Positions 58,071 through 64,000 of a stretch of DNA of 64,000 nucleotides are shown here, one piece after another (position 1 is the first letter of the stretch; each line of letters opens with the position of its first letter). The notes under the pieces are model-generated. The model searched no databases and was not told the origin of the DNA. It was given only the letters and a program-made list of their open reading frames with translations. The translations under genes and the position numbers were made by a program. Source of the DNA: a virus; the IMG/VR virus record IMGVR_UViG_3300021376_000037, positions 12,998 to 76,997 of that record. The stretch is one strand, 5' to 3'.

Positions 58071-59180
58071 ATGGCAACAACATATAAATCTTTTCTTGAT
58101 AACGATTTAGTATCTACTAGAACTTTATTACATGAAAATATACCATTAACAGGTTCTATTATTAATGGTACGCCGTACTCTAATAACAATATTAAATCCT
58201 ATAATCACGGAATGTTTCAAAGTGTATATGATTATCCAGTATTAAGTTCTTCTGCTAATCATCTTTTTGATTTAACTGTTGGCCTTTCCAGCACTTCTCC
58301 AGCTAGTTCTAGTATTAGCAACGATGTTTTTCTAAAGAAAAAACGTAATATTTACAACCAGATGGCTCAAGTGTTAGTTGGTCATGATCCAACTGGCTCA
58401 ATTTATGAATTTGATAGAGATGGTAACCCTGCTACTGATACAGATAAATTTACATCTATGTATTTTCTTAATTTCTCTAGATTGTTAGTAAAAGATGAAA
58501 TTAAAAAAGGAAGCGTTGTATTAACAATAGGCGTAAATTCATCAAGTGCATCTCCTTTTACTGAGCTAATTACCGTATCTGATACTAATGGTGCGTCTAA
58601 CTATTTTATTAATTCCCCTACTGGAGAATATGGTACTTTATTTTTAAATGGCACTACGGGTGTTCAATCTACGCAAACAAATAAAGCAGTTGGTTTTGTA
58701 TTTTATCAAGCAGGCGTGGTTGCTTTATCGCCCATTATATTCTCTATATCAAGCTCTACTGCTCCAGAAGACTCTTTAGCATCTAATCAGTTTGGTCAAT
58801 TAACACACGAAGTGCAATTAAATAGCACTTATAACTGGGATGTTCAAAGGGCTTTTGAAAGTGGTTCAATTAATCAAATAAACGATGCTCTAAGGGCACG
58901 TATAAAAAACATTACATTTAACAATACAACAGAACTAAATTCAACTATTCATTTTTGCCGTATTAATCACAATGAATTTAATTATAGTTCTAATCCAACA
59001 TATTTGCAAGATAGCAAAATTAGAGTTAAAAACACCACAAGTGATGCTCCGGTTTCTTATATAACCACTGTTGGTTTATATTCGCCAGACAACGAATTAT
59101 TAGCTGTAGCTAAGGTGTCAGAACCGCTAAAGAAAGACCCTACACAAGAAATGATTTTAAGAGTTAGATTGGACTACTAA
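58071..59180 (+). CDS. Tail/baseplate protein, paralog of 60124-61101
   Basis: EFNYSSNPT...YIT.VGLY....ELLAVAK.S.P..K......RVRLDY. Confidence 0.65.
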   Translation: MATTYKSFLDNDLVSTRTLLHENIPLTGSIINGTPYSNNNIKSYNHGMFQSVYDYPVLSSSANHLFDLTVGLSSTSPASSSISNDVFLKKKRNIYNQMAQVLVGHDPTGSIYEFDRDGNPATDTDKFTSMYFLNFSRLLVKDEIKKGSVVLTIGVNSSSASPFTELITVSDTNGASNYFINSPTGEYGTLFLNGTTGVQSTQTNKAVGFVFYQAGVVALSPIIFSISSSTAPEDSLASNQFGQLTHEVQLNSTYNWDVQRAFESGSINQINDALRARIKNITFNNTTELNSTIHFCRINHNEFNYSSNPTYLQDSKIRVKNTTSDAPVSYITTVGLYSPDNELLAVAKVSEPLKKDPTQEMILRVRLDY

Positions 59181-59182
59181 AA

Positions 59183-59404
59183 ATGTCATTTAAGAAATTT
59201 GAATCTACAGATATATTTCAAAATACTATCAAAACAAAACCACGTTTTGAATTTAAAATATATAATGGTAAAATTTCTTTAAATACATTAACAGGATATA
59301 CATATTTAAACAACCTAAACTTACCAACATTTGAAGGTTGTGAATTACCTTACTCTTTTGATTTTACTTGCCCTGATAATTCATATAATATAGGTTTGAT
59401 TTAA
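59183..59404 (+). CDS. Hypothetical protein
   Basis: 73 aa ORF within the operon. Confidence 0.6.
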   Translation: MSFKKFESTDIFQNTIKTKPRFEFKIYNGKISLNTLTGYTYLNNLNLPTFEGCELPYSFDFTCPDNSYNIGLI

Positions 59405-59416
59405 GGATAAAAGTTA

Positions 59417-60091
59417 ATGGCTACTGAAAGTTTAACAATTAAAGATGGCACAGGGTCGATTAAATATTTGGCGGTTGAAAGTAGTAGCTATGGTTTTATT
59501 CCAATACACCAAATTTCATCTTCTAACTCAAACCCAATATTTATTACCGCTTCATTTGTTAACCCAATACCTGTTACTGGCAATATAAACGTTGATGTAG
59601 TAGTAGGAGATTTAATTAATATTACTGCATCGGCGTCAGCGCCTGTATATGTAACTGGCGTTCTTACTGTTAATACGGGGTCTTCTACTGTTAATATAGG
59701 TTCCGTTGTTACTGTTACTTCTTCTGTCACTCAACCTGTTTATGTATCTCAAAAACCAGTAACAACTGTAAACAAGAATTTTGTCAATACATTTGATTGG
59801 ACAATTGATAACGGCGCTTTTGCCATAGCAGACGAAGATACAAATAGAAAAGGTTTAGTTTTATTCAATCCCGGTCCATACAATCTATATGTCAGCTTAG
59901 ATACTGATGGCGTAGTGGGAGATAAAGGATTTATAATTACCGATACAGGTAGCAGCCCAGATTTATTCTCGTTCATAGTTTATGCGTCAGGAACATATTT
60001 TGCTGATGATACCACTGTCGGTGTTTATCATGCTGGATATTTTATTAGTGGATCTGCTTCAGATTATTTGATGATTACTAAAGTAACCTAA
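59417..60091 (+). CDS. Virion fibre/decoration-like protein
   Basis: Repeats of the form (I/V)T(A/S)S...P(I/V).V; C-terminal RKGLVLFN....LYV domain. Confidence 0.6.
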   Translation: MATESLTIKDGTGSIKYLAVESSSYGFIPIHQISSSNSNPIFITASFVNPIPVTGNINVDVVVGDLINITASASAPVYVTGVLTVNTGSSTVNIGSVVTVTSSVTQPVYVSQKPVTTVNKNFVNTFDWTIDNGAFAIADEDTNRKGLVLFNPGPYNLYVSLDTDGVVGDKGFIITDTGSSPDLFSFIVYASGTYFADDTTVGVYHAGYFISGSASDYLMITKVT

Positions 60092-60123
60092 CAAATTTAT
60101 AAACGGTAATATAATTATATATT

Positions 60124-61101
60124 ATGTCACAATATTATCGATTTTTACCAAAAGGTAGCTCTTTAGAATCTTTTAAAACAGTATCTGCCGAACAACACAA
60201 TTATAGTGGTTATGGAGAAATATTTACTGGTAGTTATCCTCTTAGTTCCTCCATTAATTTAGAATATTATTCTCAAAATTTATCGTTTGTTCCCGATAGA
60301 CCACATATTTATTCACTTAAAAATGTGTTAAATTATTATTCCTACTTAAGTCCTCATTTTTCTTATAATTCTAATTTAGGTAATAAAAATTCTCAAGCCA
60401 TTAAACTAATAAGTATACCATCTATATTTTTTGGCTCTTCTCTAGATAAAGGCTCAATAGAACTAGATTTTTTTATATCCGGTACTTTAGTTGCTAAGTT
60501 ACAAGATTATAAAAAAAATGGGGAGCTTATACAAACCACTGGTTCAAATGGACTAGGACAAGTAGCAGGAGTAGTTTTGTATAATGAAGGTTTTATTTTA
60601 ATAACTGGATCTTGGAATTTAGATAATTCACATACAGAAACATATATTTATAACGACAATGGCTCCAGCGTTAGCGATAATCCAAAATGGATATATTGGG
60701 GCACTGGATTAAATCAAGAGAACAATTTAACTATTTCTTCAAGTTTTGATTTAAAATTTGAAGGTATAAACTATGTCAATGTTTTAACTATGTTAGCTCA
60801 CGCGGAAAAAGGAGAATTTAATTACTCTAATAATCCAACATTTATTAAAAGCTCTTCTATGACTGCCAGTGCGCCAATTAGTGGCAGTAAAATGTATATA
60901 GAAAATCCTAATTTAGAAATAAAAAATGTTAAAAAGTACGCTTACGAAGATTATGTTGGAGATTTAGAAAAGGAAACTTATATCTCTAAAATAGGTATTT
61001 ATGACGAAAATAAAAATTTAATAGCCATAGCTAAATTAGCTAAACCTATAAGAAAAACTGAAAATAGAGACTTAACATTTAAACTTAAATTAGATATATA
61101 A
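60124..61101 (+). CDS. Tail/baseplate protein, paralog of 58071-59180
   Basis: EFNYSNNPTF...YISKIGIYD...NLIAIAKLAKPIRK......KLKLDI. Confidence 0.65.
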   Translation: MSQYYRFLPKGSSLESFKTVSAEQHNYSGYGEIFTGSYPLSSSINLEYYSQNLSFVPDRPHIYSLKNVLNYYSYLSPHFSYNSNLGNKNSQAIKLISIPSIFFGSSLDKGSIELDFFISGTLVAKLQDYKKNGELIQTTGSNGLGQVAGVVLYNEGFILITGSWNLDNSHTETYIYNDNGSSVSDNPKWIYWGTGLNQENNLTISSSFDLKFEGINYVNVLTMLAHAEKGEFNYSNNPTFIKSSSMTASAPISGSKMYIENPNLEIKNVKKYAYEDYVGDLEKETYISKIGIYDENKNLIAIAKLAKPIRKTENRDLTFKLKLDI

Positions 61102-61107
61102 CTTTCA

Positions 61108-63123
61108 ATGATTAAAGATCAAAATAGCGAAGTAAATAAAGGAATTAATTTAACACCAACTGTGATAGAAACAGTTGATTCTGCTTTTTTTGATTATATT
61201 AATAGCTTAGAAATAAATTGTAACACTAATGAGGGATGGCAAAAGATTCCTATTATCTGGTCATCGGCAGAAAGATCATATCAGATAAAAAATAATAAAA
61301 AACTAAGAGATAAAAATGGCGCTCTAGTGCCGCCCATAATTTCTTTAGAAAGACTTAGCATAACAAAAGATCCTAATAAAAAAGGAAACTTTCAAGCAAA
61401 TTTATCTCCAAAAGATGATAGACACTATATTACAAAAGTTTTAAATCAAGATAAAACTTCTAATTTTGCAAACGCAGATGCTGCTAAAAGTAATGGTCCT
61501 AACTTTGCTACCGGCAAAAAAAACAAAAAAGTTGTCTATGAGCATATAGCTGTACCTATACCAATCTATGTTGTATGCGAATACAAAATAAATCTTTTAA
61601 CTGGTTATCAAGCACAGATGAATGAAGCCTTACAGCCATTCATTGCCAAAACAGCACAAAATTATTTTATAATAAAGAAAGATGGGTATCGTTTTGAATG
61701 TTTCATGGATCAAAACTTTGCTCAAGATAATAAGTCAGATTTTACTGAGGAAGAAAGAAAGTTTACTACTTCTATTAACATAAAAGTTCTTGGTTATGTA
61801 ATTACGCAGGGTCAAAACGAAGAAAAAGAATTTAAAAAAATAGATGAAAACGCTGTAGAAATAAAAATACCTAGAGAAAAAGTAATTGTAGATACGCCAG
61901 CAACAACAAGAAAAAAAATTAAACAATTACAATCAATTCAAGGTTTATCTACAAGTATTACATTACCGCCCGATAAGCCATTAAAAACAGGAGAATTGTC
62001 TGGAGAAATAGAGGGTGGACAGCGCGATGAAACTTCTGAAAAATCTAAAAAGCTAAATCTTAAGTCTAGCAGTATTGAGACTATTGATTCTGCATTCTTA
62101 GAATATGTTGAAAATTTAAATGTATTTTGTAATACAAATGAAGGTTGGGAAAAAGTACCTGTTATTTGGGGGTCTGCCGAACGAGCTTATCAAATAAAAA
62201 ACAACAAAAGACTAAGAGATAAAAATGGAAGTTTAATAGCCCCTATAATATCGCTTGAAAGAACCAGTGTTAATAAAGACCCTAACAAAAAAGGTAATTT
62301 TCAAGCGAATGTTTCTCCTAGCGATGATAGGTACACTATTACAAAAGTTTTAAATCAAGATAAAACATCTAATTTTGCAAATGCAGATGCATTAAAAAAG
62401 AGCGGCCAATTAAATTTTTCAACATCAAAGAAAAATAAAAAATTAGTTTATCAACATTACTCTGTCCGCATTCCTGTATATGTTACAGTAGAATACAAAA
62501 TAAACATTTTAACCAACTATCAAGCTCAAATGAACGAGATTATGCAACCGTTCATGGCTAAAACAGCACAAAACTATTTTGTTATTAAAAAAGACGATCA
62601 TCCGTATGAATGTTTTATGGATCCCGCCTTTCAACAAGAAACTATAAACGATTTATCAGAAGAAGAAAGAAAATTTAAAAGCACTATAACCGTAAAAGTG
62701 CTAGGCTATTTATTAGGCGAGGGAGAAAACAGAGAAGACAGAAACGTTAATATAGATGAAAATGCGGTTGAAATTAAAATACCGCGTGAAAAAATTATAT
62801 TAGATAATCCTGATCCAAAGAAAAAACGTAAAGAAATATCTAGCTTTGATTCAATTTCTTCCGGTTTAGGTTCTGGAACATCTTCACAAGTTGGTGTTTC
62901 GGGCGTTGTTAAAAAAACATTTATTATTGGTAACGCTATAGATTCTGTTTATACTGTATCTCATGGATTAAATACACGTGATATTTATGTGTCTGTTAGA
63001 GAAAACTTTGGTAGCTTCTATCAAGTAATTGCCCATATAGAATTTCCGAGCCTTAATTCTATTCTTGTGGATATGGGCGATATTATTGAAGAAAATAGCT
63101 ATGTTGTAACTATTATGGGCTAG
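61108..63123 (+). CDS. gp15-like tail completion/terminator protein, internally duplicated
   Basis: Two ~250-aa copies of (V/I)P.IW.SAER...PIISLER...P.YV..EY.IN.L...Q.QMNE..QP; small C-terminal HGLNTRD domain. Confidence 0.6.
   Translation: MIKDQNSEVNKGINLTPTVIETVDSAFFDYINSLEINCNTNEGWQKIPIIWSSAERSYQIKNNKKLRDKNGALVPPIISLERLSITKDPNKKGNFQANLSPKDDRHYITKVLNQDKTSNFANADAAKSNGPNFATGKKNKKVVYEHIAVPIPIYVVCEYKINLLTGYQAQMNEALQPFIAKTAQNYFIIKKDGYRFECFMDQNFAQDNKSDFTEEERKFTTSINIKVLGYVITQGQNEEKEFKKIDENAVEIKIPREKVIVDTPATTRKKIKQLQSIQGLSTSITLPPDKPLKTGELSGEIEGGQRDETSEKSKKLNLKSSSIETIDSAFLEYVENLNVFCNTNEGWEKVPVIWGSAERAYQIKNNKRLRDKNGSLIAPIISLERTSVNKDPNKKGNFQANVSPSDDRYTITKVLNQDKTSNFANADALKKSGQLNFSTSKKNKKLVYQHYSVRIPVYVTVEYKINILTNYQAQMNEIMQPFMAKTAQNYFVIKKDDHPYECFMDPAFQQETINDLSEEERKFKSTITVKVLGYLLGEGENREDRNVNIDENAVEIKIPREKIILDNPDPKKKRKEISSFDSISSGLGSGTSSQVGVSGVVKKTFIIGNAIDSVYTVSHGLNTRDIYVSVRENFGSFYQVIAHIEFPSLNSILVDMGDIIEENSYVVTIMG
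61147..62805 (+). repeat. Intragenic direct duplication (61147-61893 vs 62056-62805)
   Basis: Identical protein blocks such as ITKVLNQDKTSNFANADA, AKTAQNYF and IDENAVEIKIPREK. Confidence 0.95.
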
Positions 63124-63244
63124 TATAAATACGTAATAAGACTTTTCCTAAAAATAAAACTATTTATTATACAGCGATTTTAATCGGTTGTTTAGGTTAA
63201 AGCGCTATTTTTTTATTCGCCTCTAGGCAAGGAAAAGTAATAAA

Positions 63245-64000
63245 ATGGCTAATCCATTAAAGATTTTAACAGTGTTATCAGCTTCTAAAGCAGTTGAAAT
63301 GGAAGAAACATTAAAAGTAATTGGTAATGCAGATTTCGATTCACAATTAACAGCTTCTTGGTTAAAAGTAGAAAACAGTGCTGACGTAGACGGTGCATTA
63401 GATGTAGGCGGCGCAGCAAGCTTAGCTAGCACATTAAGCGTAACAGGTATTGCTGACTTTGATTCACAAGTAACAGCATCATCCTTGAAAGTAGAAAACG
63501 CAGCCGAAGTAGCAGGTGCTGCTACATTCGGTAGCACAATGAAGGTTATTGGCAATGCCGACTTTGACGCTCAAGTAACTGCTTCTTTATTGAAGGTAGA
63601 AGGTGCAGCTGAAATTGCTGGCGCAGCAGAATTAGGTTCTACATTACACGTAGTTGGTATTGCAGATTTCGATTCACAAGTAACTGCTTCTGCTTTGAAA
63701 GTAGAAAATGCAGCTGAAGTAGTAGGCGCTGCTACATTTGGTAGCACAATGACAGTTATTGGTAATGCTGACTTTGATGCACAATTGACGGCTTCTACTG
63801 CAAAAGTAGAAGGTGCTGCTGAAATTGCTGGTGCTGCTGAATTCGGCTCAACCATGCATGTAGTTGGCAATGCTGACTTTGATGCACAATTAACAGCATC
63901 TGCTTTGAAAGTAGAAAATGACGCACAAATCGTAGGCGATTTATCAGTACGCGATATTGCTGCACGTTCTGGCTCATTCTCTGGCGATTTGTCAGTTCAA
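63245..64000 (+). CDS. Repeat-rich fibre/beta-helix protein, runs off the window (not in the ORF track)
   Basis: SD AAGGA, ATG at 63245 (MANPLKILTVLSAS...), open to the window end; ACTATTTA at 63159. Confidence 0.85.
   Translation, partial: MANPLKILTVLSASKAVEMEETLKVIGNADFDSQLTASWLKVENSADVDGALDVGGAASLASTLSVTGIADFDSQVTASSLKVENAAEVAGAATFGSTMKVIGNADFDAQVTASLLKVEGAAEIAGAAELGSTLHVVGIADFDSQVTASALKVENAAEVVGAATFGSTMTVIGNADFDAQLTASTAKVEGAAEIAGAAEFGSTMHVVGNADFDAQLTASALKVENDAQIVGDLSVRDIAARSGSFSGDLSVQ
63300..63935 (+). repeat. Coding tandem repeat, 105-nt (35-aa) unit, about 6 copies
   Basis: The first Asp codon of ADFD recurs at 63332, 63455, 63560, 63665, 63770 and 63875. Confidence 0.92.

Noticed and set aside
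63124-63131. T4-type late promoter TATAAATA (also at 22112)
   Set aside because: Expected by chance in AT-rich DNA and not recurrent in the gaps, unlike ACTA(T/C/G)TTA.
961-63977. Minus-strand ORFs in the track other than 10762-11580 (e.g. 7541-7780, 9811-10173, 31535-31942, 56539-57027, 63223-63977)
   Set aside because: They are antisense shadows of well-supported plus-strand genes, tRNAs or repeats, with no motifs of their own.
1-64000. Stop-codon reassignment
   Set aside because: Very long ORFs are intact in code 11, TAG and TGA end genes at sensible boundaries, and there is no suppressor tRNA.

Overview
An AT-rich fragment of a large (jumbo-type) contractile-tailed dsDNA phage in the standard genetic code. 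Almost all genes are on the + strand; the one convincing - strand gene is a trypsin-like lipoprotein at 10762-11580. Layout: (1) 1-7.7 kb has small early genes (HNH, DEDDh exonuclease), probable head-internal proteins and a GH19 endolysin. (2) 7.7-14.3 kb is a translation-related region with six CCA-less tRNAs, a ~318-nt structured RNA, a ClpP-like protease, a SpoU methyltransferase and PIN-PhoH. (3) 16-25.5 kb is a glycan biosynthesis cluster (gmd, four GT-B glycosyltransferases, GT90, TylF-like methyltransferase, glf, epimerase). (4) A gp55-like late sigma factor precedes a T4-like baseplate/tail module running from 27 kb to the window end. The top finding is the unannotated RNA at 8038-8355, abutting tRNA-Gly. 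It rebuilds the 23S rRNA GTPase-associated centre (helices 43/44, the L11 site) from two halves 244 nt apart and shows the concerted C.C-G to U.U-A base-triple covariation. Other notable findings: a likely virion O-glycosylation system with a (S/T)-(G/A/S)-S motif enriched in tail proteins, an ACTA(T/C/G)TTA late-promoter motif, nested domain insertions in the giant baseplate protein, a catalytically dead GH19 copy in the hub protein, and a tandemly duplicated gp15-like domain. All assignments come from motif reading; no database searches were run.
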